Assembly (NCBI GenBank): GCA_016711705.1
Contig: JADJSK010000008.1
Span: 3,803 to 67,802, forward strand
Origin: Candidatus Brachybacter algidus
GTDB taxonomy: Bacteria; Bacteroidota; Bacteroidia; Chitinophagales; Saprospiraceae
Reading direction: 5' to 3'
Length of the DNA stretch: 64,000 bases
Positions 10,555-19,517 of the stretch are shown in pieces (positions within the stretch are counted from its first letter, which is position 1; each line of letters opens with the position of its first letter). Made by a program: the position numbers and the translations under genes. The notes beneath the pieces are model-generated. The model did not search any database, was not told the DNA's origin, and saw only the letters and a program-made list of their open reading frames with translations.

Positions 10555-11828
10555 AATCGTTGGTCGACCCTACCTAATGGAAAAAAGCCTTTTACATCAT
10601 AAATAACGCTATCCTTTTTACAGATGGTATCTAAGTTGATTTCTCTAAATTCATTATGAGCGACAGCTAACACTACGGCATCATACCTCATGGATTCATC
10701 TAATGATTTTATACTTCTCCATCCATATTCATGGTGCATTTCATCAGGATTCACCCAAGGGTCCATTACTGTCACATTCGTATGATAAGTTGCAAGACAA
10801 TTTAAAATATCCACCACTCTGGTATTTCTGACATCTGGGCAATTTTCTTTGAAAGTAGCACCTAAAACCAGAATGTTTGAATTTTTAATATTGATATCTT
10901 TTTTTATCATCAATTTGATCACTTCTTCAGCAATATATTCACCCATGCTGTCATTTAAGCGACGCCCGGCAAGAATCATTTCGGGATGATATCCAACTTC
11001 TTGTGCTTTTTGTGCAAGATAATAAGGGTCTACTCCAATGCAATGACCTCCAACTAATCCTGGTTTAAAATTTAAGAAATTCCATTTGGTACCTGCTGCT
11101 TCCAGCACCTGAGTGGTATCCAAATCCAACCTGTTAAATATCTTTGATAGCTCATTGACAAAGGCAATGTTGATATCCCGCTGGGTATTTTCGATTACTT
11201 TGGCAGCTTCCGCAACTTTAATTGAGGCGGCTTTGTAAATTCCGGCAATAATTACTTGACCATATAAATCAGCAATTTTTTCGGTTATTTCCGCAGTGGA
11301 ACCTGAAACGATTTTCAGGATCTTTGTCACAGTGTGCTCTTTGTCACCGGGGTTTATTCTTTCAGGCGAATATCCGGCATGAAAATCGGTATTATATGTT
11401 AGACCAGATATTTTTTCCAATACAGGAATACAAATTTCTTCTGTTGCACCCGGATATACAGTCGATTCGTAAACTACTATTGCCCCTTGTCTCATGACTT
11501 TTCCGACAGTTTCACTTGCCTTAATTAAAGGGGTAAAATCAGGTTTATTATTTTTATCTACTGGAGTGGGAACTGTTACGATATAATAATCAAAGCTCTC
11601 AATATCTTTCAAAACCGAAGTTAAGGAAAGTCCAGTATTGCCTGTAGAATTAAGCACTGAATTTAAATTCTCAGAATCAATCTCTAAAGTTTTATCCAGA
11701 CCTGAATTTAATTCACTAAGTCTGGTTTGATTAATATCAAATCCGACGACTTTGAATTTTTTTGCAAATTCAACTGCGAGAGGAAGACCTACATATCCGA
11801 GGCCAATGATGGCTATTTTTTTACTCAA
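10551..11828 (-). CDS. Nucleotide-sugar dehydrogenase (UDP-N-acetyl-hexosamine dehydrogenase, WbpO/TviB-like)
   Basis: 425 aa, [14 protein letters not shown] Rossmann N-terminus, [11 protein letters not shown] catalytic Cys region. Confidence 0.85.
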   Translation of the reverse strand: MSKKIAIIGLGYVGLPLAVEFAKKFKVVGFDINQTRLSELNSGLDKTLEIDSENLNSVLNSTGNTGLSLTSVLKDIESFDYYIVTVPTPVDKNNKPDFTPLIKASETVGKVMRQGAIVVYESTVYPGATEEICIPVLEKISGLTYNTDFHAGYSPERINPGDKEHTVTKILKIVSGSTAEITEKIADLYGQVIIAGIYKAASIKVAEAAKVIENTQRDINIAFVNELSKIFNRLDLDTTQVLEAAGTKWNFLNFKPGLVGGHCIGVDPYYLAQKAQEVGYHPEMILAGRRLNDSMGEYIAEEVIKLMIKKDINIKNSNILVLGATFKENCPDVRNTRVVDILNCLATYHTNVTVMDPWVNPDEMHHEYGWRSIKSLDESMRYDAVVLAVAHNEFREINLDTICKKDSVIYDVKGFFPLGRVDQRL

Positions 11829-11834
11829 TTACTT

Positions 11835-12302
11835 TTAGTTCTTTTTAGTTAATTGTTCTATATCATTCAAATCTTTGTGTCTGGCTGAAGATTTTTTAGC
11901 AGTAATTAATTGATTCAAATGAATGACATTAATAATTAAATCTTCTTCGACTTGGTATCTGACTTTATTATTAAAGACTTCCTCAAATTCTACTCCTTTC
12001 ATTTTTGTCATTATATCAATGGAGACCGGTGGTCGACCAAATTCAAAAACATCGAATTCTTTTATATTTAAAAATCGTTCCAATGTCATACTAAACAAGG
12101 ACATTCCAAATTCATCAAAGGCATGAATTATTTTGGAATAATTTTCACTAGTTGGATTTACAAATAGATCCATGTCTCCGGTAGTACGCTGATAACCATG
12201 AATTATAACAGAATATCCACCTACAAGAACATATTCAACACCTGCCCTTTCAAATGAAGATAAAAAATCATTAAAGTCAGAATTGAATATATTGTTTGTC
12301 AT
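11835..12302 (-). CDS. Minimal nucleotidyltransferase-fold protein (pol-beta superfamily, MNT/DUF6036-like)
   Basis: 155 aa, LVGGYSVIIHGYQRTTGDMDLFV, which fits the G[GS]...DxD NTase motif. Its ATG overlaps the stop of the upstream small ORF (ATGA at 12299-12302). Confidence 0.6.
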   Translation of the reverse strand: MTNNIFNSDFNDFLSSFERAGVEYVLVGGYSVIIHGYQRTTGDMDLFVNPTSENYSKIIHAFDEFGMSLFSMTLERFLNIKEFDVFEFGRPPVSIDIMTKMKGVEFEEVFNNKVRYQVEEDLIINVIHLNQLITAKKSSARHKDLNDIEQLTKKN

Positions 12303-12508
12303 TGACTTTTCCTCATATTGAAATGAGTTTTATCCATTATCCTTTTATTCGAATAAGGAATACCATAAGCTGAACATGTAAGCTGCCATGAAGCGGACAA
12401 TCGTTCTTTTACTGAACGGCTCAACCAATATTCAATATTATTTCCCTTTTCTTCAAAGGAAACAATGCGCATGGCAGTTCGGTCGAGTTTAATTTGGTTT
12501 TCTTTCAC
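12299..12508 (-). CDS. Small hypothetical protein, translationally coupled partner of the NTase
   Basis: 69 aa. Its GTG start overlaps the ugd stop (GTGA at 12505-12508). No recognisable domain. Confidence 0.45.
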   Translation of the reverse strand: MKENQIKLDRTAMRIVSFEEKGNNIEYWLSRSVKERLSASWQLTCSAYGIPYSNKRIMDKTHFNMRKSQ

Positions 12509-13809
12509 GGCCTCCCTATCGATTCAAAATAAAATCCATTTTGTTGCATCGTGGCCGGATCGAAGATATTTCTACCATCGAAGATTGCTTTGTCGATCAA
12601 TTTACTTTTAATAAAGTTGAAGTCAGGTGAACGGAATTCATTCCATTCAGTGAGTATCATCAGCGCATTTGCATTATTTAAAACCTCATATTGGTCATTC
12701 GCGAAGGCTATTTTATCACCATATAATTTTTCCACATTTTCCATTGCTTCCGGATCGAATGCCTGGACAATAGCTCCTGCTTTTAATAATTTTTCAATGA
12801 TGTATAATGCCGGAGCTTCACGGATATCGTCTGTATTTGGTTTGAATGCTAGACCCCAAAGAGCAATGGTTTTACCTTTCAGGTCACCTTTATAATAATT
12901 TCTGATCTTGTCGAATAGGACGGTTCTTTGTTTTTCATTGACCTTGATCACAGAATCCAGAATGCTGAACTCGTATTCGTTCTGGTCAGCTATTTTTGCC
13001 AAAGCTTTGACATCCTTCGGGAAACAAGACCCTCCATAACCAATGCCGGGAAATAAAAACCTTTTTCCAATTCTCGTATCAGAACCCATGCCTAGACGCA
13101 CCATGTCTACATTAGCACCTACTTTTTCACATAGATTTGCGATCTCATTCATGAAAGTGATCTTGGTAGCAAGAAATGAATTCGCAGCGTATTTGGTCAA
13201 CTCTGCAGAACGTTCATCCATGAAGTAAATCGGATTTCCTTGTTTGACGAAGGGTTCATAAAGGGTGCGCATCACTTCTCTGGCTCTCTCAGAATTAGTA
13301 CCGATTACGACTCTATCAGGCTTCATAAAATCTTCCACAGCAACTCCTTCTCTTAGAAATTCCGGATTGGAAACCACATCAAACAAATCTTCCGAAATAT
13401 TCTTTGCAATGGCATTATGAACCATTTCTGCTGTTCCTACAGGAACTGTGCTTTTATCGATAATGATTTTATATTTTTTTATCAAATTGCCCAACTTATT
13501 CGCTACATCGATAATGTAAGATAGGTCGGCAGAACCATCTTCTCCTTCCGGAGTAGGTAATGCAAGGAAAATAATATCACCAAAATCCACTGCTTTTGCA
13601 AGATCAGTGGTAAATTCCAGTCTTTTCTTTTCGATATTTCTGTGAAAAATTACTTCAAGTCCAGGTTCGTAAATAGTAATTTTACCTGCGCTAAGACTTT
13701 TGACTTTTTCCTCATTTATGTCCACACACATGACATGATTGCCTGTCTCAGAGAAACATGTTCCTGTGACGAGTCCAACGTAGCCGGTGCCGATAACTGT
13801 GATGTTCAA
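12505..13809 (-). CDS. ugd: UDP-glucose 6-dehydrogenase
   Basis: 434 aa, NITVIGTGYVGLVTG, GGSCFPKDV active-site motif. The apparent TTG start (13807-13809) lies inside a repeat arm. Confidence 0.93.
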   Translation of the reverse strand: MNITVIGTGYVGLVTGTCFSETGNHVMCVDINEEKVKSLSAGKITIYEPGLEVIFHRNIEKKRLEFTTDLAKAVDFGDIIFLALPTPEGEDGSADLSYIIDVANKLGNLIKKYKIIIDKSTVPVGTAEMVHNAIAKNISEDLFDVVSNPEFLREGVAVEDFMKPDRVVIGTNSERAREVMRTLYEPFVKQGNPIYFMDERSAELTKYAANSFLATKITFMNEIANLCEKVGANVDMVRLGMGSDTRIGKRFLFPGIGYGGSCFPKDVKALAKIADQNEYEFSILDSVIKVNEKQRTVLFDKIRNYYKGDLKGKTIALWGLAFKPNTDDIREAPALYIIEKLLKAGAIVQAFDPEAMENVEKLYGDKIAFANDQYEVLNNANALMILTEWNEFRSPDFNFIKSKLIDKAIFDGRNIFDPATMQQNGFYFESIGRP

Positions 13810-13990
13810 TTGTTAATTATTAGTTGTTAATTGTTATTCTACCCCGATGTGAAGGGACTGTAAAATGTTTGATTTGAGCAAGGAGGTTCAATTGTTAATT
13901 ATTAGTTGTTAATTGTTATACTACTTTGATTTGAAGGATCTATTAAACGGTTATTTTGTGCGAAGTTGGATAATTGTTAATTATTATTTG
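13805..13990 (+). repeat. About 2.3 tandem copies of an 82-bp unit (33-nt TTGTTAAT-type arm plus about 50-nt core)
   Basis: ttcaattgttaattattagttgttaattgttat is exact at 13805-13837 and 13887-13919. A partial arm ataattgttaattattatttgg lies at 13968-13990. Confidence 0.95.
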
Positions 13991-14358
13991 GGTGTGGGAT
14001 TCCTATTTTGCTTTGCTTTCGATGTTTTTATGATACTGGTTAGCATTTTTATTAGCTCGATGCTAATTGAATTTAGTCTTTCGAATTTATCTTTTGAAAT
14101 AAGATTCGAACCATTTAAAAGCTCTAACCAATATATTGTTTCATTGCTTTCTTTTTGAGCAATTGACAATTTATGAATAAAATCCTTTCCACTTTCGGCA
14201 TGTTGTGCTTCTCTATATAATGCACCGATCGCTGTTCCTGAGCGTAAGAGTTGATTTGATAAAACAAATTCTTTCTTTGTTGTTTGTAAATCTCTGCATA
14301 ATTCAACAACATCAAGGGCAAACTGAAAACTTTTGGTTTTAAAGTGATTCTCTGTCAT
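13984..14358 (-). CDS. Four-helix-bundle protein (TIGR02436 family, second subtype)
   Basis: 124 aa with LLRSGTAIGALYREAQHAES, FIHKLSIAQKESNETIYWLELL. Confidence 0.88.
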   Translation of the reverse strand: MTENHFKTKSFQFALDVVELCRDLQTTKKEFVLSNQLLRSGTAIGALYREAQHAESGKDFIHKLSIAQKESNETIYWLELLNGSNLISKDKFERLNSISIELIKMLTSIIKTSKAKQNRNPTPK

Positions 14359-14408
14359 AATTCCGGGTGAATTTATCTATTTTTATATATTCTTCAATCT
14401 GTGCAAAA

Positions 14409-14441
14409 ATAACAATTAACAACTAATAACTAACAATTACC
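14409..14441 (-). repeat. Inverted copy of the 33-nt arm; closes a stem around the four-helix-bundle ORF
   Basis: ataacaattaacaactaataactaacaattacc is the reverse complement of the 13887-13919 arm at 29 of 33 positions. Confidence 0.95.
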
Positions 14442-14545
14442 GCATGGCTTCGCCGTCAATAAGTCGCACTTATAGCCCTAAAATAAATCACTAAAATATT
14501 GATTATGTTATACTTAAAAATTTAAATAAACATAATATAAAATAA

Positions 14546-15058
14546 TTAAACGGTGGATGGTTCGAGTTGTTTTTTATTGATTTCTATTTGTAAAGCAATA
14601 CCAAGTGAGTCAAAATTGACAACTAATTTGCCTTTGGATTTTATTTGTGAAATGATGCCTTTCATGCCGAATAGCGGACCATTGGAGACTTTTACAGATT
14701 GGCCGAGACCATATTCTACCTCTGTTAAGATCAGATCTTCTTCAATTCCCTCAATTCTCCTTAGTATCTCTATCTCTCTATCCTGAACCGGTCTCAATTG
14801 AGGGCCGGTTTTGACAAAATTGTACACATATTCCGTTTCAAGAACTTTGATATAATCCTGAGCTGGTATCTGTACAAATAAGTAACATGGTAATATTGGA
14901 ACTGTGTGATGCACTATTTTCCTTTGGTAGCGCTTTGTATAATTGCGCATTGGAGCATACGAAATCACTCCTTTTTTATCAAGTTGTTGGAGTACAATTT
15001 TTTCACTTTTGTACTTCACCTTAATAGCATACCAAGCATTTTCACTTATATCCTGCAT
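14546..15058 (-). CDS. UpxY-family (NusG-like) transcription antiterminator
   Basis: 170 aa, WYAIKVKYKSEKIV NGN start and a KOW-like GQSVKVSNGPLFGMKGII. It sits at the head of the polysaccharide locus. Confidence 0.85.
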   Translation of the reverse strand: MQDISENAWYAIKVKYKSEKIVLQQLDKKGVISYAPMRNYTKRYQRKIVHHTVPILPCYLFVQIPAQDYIKVLETEYVYNFVKTGPQLRPVQDREIEILRRIEGIEEDLILTEVEYGLGQSVKVSNGPLFGMKGIISQIKSKGKLVVNFDSLGIALQIEINKKQLEPSTV

Positions 15059-15061
15059 CGA

Positions 15062-15598
15062 TTATATTTTTGATGACCATAGCAACAATGGCTCCTGACC
15101 TTTTACTGTCAATGCATATTGTCCATATTCTGAATTACTGAAAATTACATAGCGGATCTTACGTTTAATCACCACTTCCGCTTTTGATACCAATGTAGAA
15201 AGATACTCTCTGTCGATATCCCCAAGTATAATAAGGTCAACTATAGGCGAATCAACACCTGTAGCAAAGGCTCCTGTAAGATACACATGATCAACATTGC
15301 CTAATCTTTCTATCACATCATTGATGATCTGATCGATGCCGATATGCTTTAAAAGGATATTGTGAATCTCGCGGAAAAGTGGATGGGACGTATTTGCAGA
15401 GAAGATCTTTTTATTCCCATTGGGGATAGAATTGATTAATCCGGCCTTTTCAAACTTGTTTAATTCCAGTCTTATGGCATTGGTGGACTCACCCATCTCG
15501 CTCTCCAGACTACGAAGATACGCTGTCGCTCCCTTGTTCAAGAAGAACTTGAAAAGTAACTTGACTCTAGTCTTTGAGGATATTAATGTTTCTATCAT
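15062..15598 (-). CDS. Winged-helix (ArsR-like) transcriptional regulator with a C-terminal nucleotidyltransferase-like domain
   Basis: The N-terminus SKTRVKLLFKFFLN...AYLRSLESEMGESTNAIRLELNKFEKAGLI is wHTH-like. The C-terminus has YLTGAFATGVDSPIVDLIILGD. The likely start is MIETL (15596-15598). Confidence 0.6.
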   Translation of the reverse strand: MIETLISSKTRVKLLFKFFLNKGATAYLRSLESEMGESTNAIRLELNKFEKAGLINSIPNGNKKIFSANTSHPLFREIHNILLKHIGIDQIINDVIERLGNVDHVYLTGAFATGVDSPIVDLIILGDIDREYLSTLVSKAEVVIKRKIRYVIFSNSEYGQYALTVKGQEPLLLWSSKI

Positions 15599-15733
15599 AT
15601 CAAAAATGAGTAGCAAAACTACTCATTTTTAATTATTTGTGAAGCAAAATAGTGTTAAAAATCCCATGAATACTAAATATACAGAAAAACTACCAGTAGT
15701 TTTCTAACATAAATACGGTTTGGGTTTTTACAC

Positions 15734-15765
15734 AAAAGAAAAAAGGGCCGAAAATTCAGCCCTTT
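15734..15765 (-). terminator. Rho-independent terminator after the 15773-16401 gene
   Basis: On the minus strand, aagggc-N10-gccctt is followed by ttttttcttttg. Confidence 0.6.
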
Positions 15766-15772
15766 AAATTAT

Positions 15773-16401
15773 CTATTGACAATTGGCCAAACCTTCCTGA
15801 GCCTGATCAAGCCCCCATGTTGGGCTGAGGTCACTTGCAGGCTTAAATGCTTCAAACATTCTTACTGATTTTTCAAATATAGGTTTTGCAACAGCTTTGC
15901 CACCCCCAAATTGCTCCGGAGTATAAAATGTAGTTTGTGCTTCCAGCATATACGGCCTTGGATTGGTCGGATCCAGCTTCTTAGCTTTATCAAGTGCACT
16001 ACTGGCCTCCATACCATAAGTCTGCCATCTGGCCATGGGATCGACTGACATAGCCATCACAGCGGACATTTGCTTTAAGCAATATATCTCAGAATTATCC
16101 TTACTAAGTGCATCAGCCTGAGCAATCAATTCATTTGTTTTGGCAGAAACTTTATCTTTATCTGCTGTTTCATCCATCCATCCCGCAAGGTTATTTGTGA
16201 GCGCAGCGTAGTAATAAGGTAACCAATTTGTTTTTTCGAATTTGCAATTCTTTCAAAATATGCTGAAGCCGAACTCATTTCATTTGATGTCTTAGCATCT
16301 TTAATTTGCTGAAGTCCCGCAGCCATTGCTTTCTCATAACCGGATTGTGCAAACAAACCTGTCGAAAGTAATAGAACACATAATAGAAGTAAATTTTTCA
16401 T
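15773..16401 (-). CDS. Secreted hypothetical protein (signal peptide, helical/TPR-like); one frameshift as sequenced
   Basis: ORFs 16126..16401 and 15773..16177 join as ...FERIANSKK | TNWLPYYYAALTNNLAGWMDETADKD... across the T6 run at 16231-16236. Confidence 0.6.
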
Positions 16402-16440
16402 TTGTTAAAATTTATTGATAAAATGATTTTGTGAAAAAGT

Positions 16441-18681
16441 CTATAAATTATTATTGATATTATCCAATGTCCTGTCTACACCCCAACTCATAAATACTCC
16501 TAAGAAAACGCTTTGTGCAGTAGGAGGTTGAACGGCTTTTTCTTACATAAAGATTGTTTTCATCCAACAATCTTGAGCTATAATTATACCCAAATATTTG
16601 CTTTTGATTAAATACATTATTGAGACTAAATACCACTACCGCATTACTCTTGAAAATGTTAGTCAGCCAATTTACACTTACATTATGGCTTTGATAAACC
16701 CTTGTTTTTTCACTTAAGAAATCCTCAGCAGGTAAATTTGGGTTAAAATATGGTCTACCTGACGTCACTGTATAACTCCAATTGATGCCGATAAATTTAC
16801 TCATCCAGAATTTCTTTAGCACTATACTTCCGGAATGTCTTGCTGCAAAAGTGGGTGTGGCCGAAATAGGATAATTTAAATAATCTCTTTTTGTGTCGAT
16901 GTAAGAATAACTCAACCAGTAATTAAATCCCTTGAAAGTTTTTTTGTCTCTCCAGAAAAACTCAAGTCCACGCGCATAACCTGTGCCGTTGGTATTAGCT
17001 ATGCTTATAGCATTATCATCTGTCTTGACAAGGCTAACATATTCTTTATCATAAGCCTGAATCCTAAATGTATAATCTTTTGTCAGCCATTGATAAGTAA
17101 GGATGTAGTGATCAGCTCGTTGGAAGTCAAAATCATTGTCAAATAACAAGTATTTTCTTTCAGGTGTTTGGTAAAAGATACCGTAATCCGCTGTTAGTTG
17201 CATCTGTGGAGCAATCTTATAGGAAAGACTCATTCTTGGGGCAATATTGGCCCTTGAGATCAATTTACTATATTCAATTCTTATGCCGGGACGAAAGGCC
17301 AGATTTTTTGAAAGATAAATATCTGACTCAACAAATGCGGCTCCATAAGTATCCTCAATATCAGTTTCACCATTGAAAAATGCTGAATTGATATCCGCAT
17401 GATCTTTATTATACCATGCTTCTGCACCAAATCTCAAAGCATTCAAACCATCAAACTTCCTTTCAAGGAGCGACCTCAACTGCCACATTTGTTGGGTAGC
17501 AATAGATGAAAAATTGACATTGTCCAAGGATTCAATGCCGATATTCATCAATTGCTGATTTTGATCATTTAGTAATTTAGCATCTATGTTGTCCTTATTA
17601 TAACTATAACTCGCTACACCGAAGTATTTCCAATGCTTTCCTAGGGACTGTTTAAAACTTGTATTGAAGTAAACATTGGCATTGTCGACACGATAACCAT
17701 TTTTTAGACCGATAGAATCAAGTGACTCCTGCCGAATACCCTGCTTGCCAAAACTATATGTGGCGTATGCTTTGAAAATACCGTTCTTTTTGTTTTAAAC
17801 CTATAATTCATATCCCCGTCATGACCGATAGGTGCCTGAGATATGTCAAAACGTTGAGGAATAACAGCCATGTACAGTCCAAGATTGGCATAAGAATAGC
17901 TTGCTCCAAAACTTTGAGTCTTCTCCGAATTGACTTTTTGAAAGCCGGCTGAAAGAAAAATTGGTGACACTCCAAGTTGAAACTCACTTCTTGCAGGCAG
18001 ATCAACACTTTCCAGATTAAGTACAGCACTAAGTGCTTGTCCATATAATGCGCTATATCCACCGCTCGTAAAAGAGGTTCCGCTAAATAAAAAAGGCGAA
18101 AATCTGCCTCGTGAAGCAATGCCCGGAATACTGGAATAAAAGAAATTATTGACCACTGCCCCATCGATAATAATTTTGGCTTCTTCGGCAGAACCACCTC
18201 TAACGAATAAGCCTTCTTGCTCGCCGACTTTCTGCACACCAGGCACCGTCTGAAGAGTTGCTGAAATATCAGCGTCAGCTCCGGCAGTAGTAATTATATC
18301 CAGTAACGAAAGCACAGTAGCACGTTTTTTGTCACCTGCTTCAAATGAACCTGCGGTAATAACTACGGCATTCAGTTCAGAGATCTCTTCTATTAGCTTG
18401 AGATTAATTTCAATATTATTCTTGTTGATATCAAGATACTGCTCGGCAGACTTGTAACCAATAAAAGATCCTATGAGAGTCACCGGACCTTCGGAGGAAG
18501 TCTTAAATGTAAATTTTCCAGTAGAATCTGAAATAGCACCATCATAAGCATCCTTTATGTAGACATTTACACCAGGAATACTATTGCCATTTTCATCCGT
18601 GGTTTTTCCATGGATGGTATTTTGTGCGTATGAATCCAGTGAAAATAAAAGAAACAAAAATAGGGTAAGGACTTTAATCAT
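16441..18681 (-). pseudogene. TonB-dependent receptor (CarboxypepD_reg-like N-domain, plug, barrel); 2 frameshifts as sequenced
   Basis: The N-terminus has a signal peptide, then TIHGKTTDENGNSIPGVNVYIKD and a plug region. The frame breaks at the T5 run 17787-17791 (continues KKNGIFKAYATYSFG...) and at the T5 run 16537-16541 (true C-terminus ...AVQPPTAQSVFLGVFMSWGVDRTLDNINNNL, stop 16441-16443). Confidence 0.8.
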
Positions 18682-18720
18682 TTCTTCAATTATTTACAAG
18701 TAGTCGTAGTATAATCTTTG

Positions 18721-19422
18721 TTAGTCTCGGTTCATGCCGACATACCTCAAGACGAGATATACTAGCATAGCGAGTGATGAAAGTGCTGCTGCCACATACG
18801 TCATGGCTGCCCACCAAAGTGCATCTTTGGCTCCGGCATGTTCTTCACCATAAGCGATGCCGGAAGAGTCTAACCATGCGAGCGCTCTATTGCTGGCATC
18901 GAACTCAACAGGGAGCGTGATGATACTAAATACCGTGGTGATAAAGAAGGCAATAATGGTGATGAGTAATATAGTTGAGTTGCCTGTCGCCCCCAGAACT
19001 CCAAGTGCAAGCATCAGTAAAAATTGCTGTGCTGTGGCTGCAAATTGCACCACAGGAACGATGGCTGATCTGAATTTAAGCATGGCATAAGATGTAGCAT
19101 GCTGTACAGCATGGCCACATTCGTGTGCAGCGACTGCAGCTGCTGCAACACTTCTTCCATTAAAAACATCAGGGCTAAGGTTGACAGTTTTATTGCCGGG
19201 ATTGTAGTGGTCTGAAAGGAAGCCGTCTACCGATATGACCTGAACATCATAGATACCATTGTCTTTCAACATTTTTTCAGCGACTTCTTTGCCAGATAAT
19301 CTTGAATGAAGGCCGACTTGGCTATAATGGTTAAATTTTGATTTCAACCTTGCACTCAGAATCATTCCAACTACGGTTCCAATACCCCCAAGAATCATAT
19401 ATACTAAATAACCACCACCCAT
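18721..19422 (-). CDS. Membrane zinc metallopeptidase (YugP/Zn_peptidase_2-like)
   Basis: 233 aa, HECGHAVQH motif, hydrophobic N- and C-terminal segments. Confidence 0.8.
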   Translation of the reverse strand: MGGGYLVYMILGGIGTVVGMILSARLKSKFNHYSQVGLHSRLSGKEVAEKMLKDNGIYDVQVISVDGFLSDHYNPGNKTVNLSPDVFNGRSVAAAAVAAHECGHAVQHATSYAMLKFRSAIVPVVQFAATAQQFLLMLALGVLGATGNSTILLITIIAFFITTVFSIITLPVEFDASNRALAWLDSSGIAYGEEHAGAKDALWWAAMTYVAAALSSLAMLVYLVLRYVGMNRD

Positions 19423-19517
19423 TGAACAATATATTTTAGAAATTAAATTTATTAATAACTCGCTAAAAGGTCAAAGCTCTAATCCAGATTTACGACAAAT
19501 CCCTTTATTCAAGTTCC

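Noticed and set aside
17808-18239. 143-aa ORF overlapping the TonB-dependent receptor N-terminus
   Set aside because: It is an alternative frame inside a conserved plug/CarboxypepD_reg region, with no similarity to any family I recognise.
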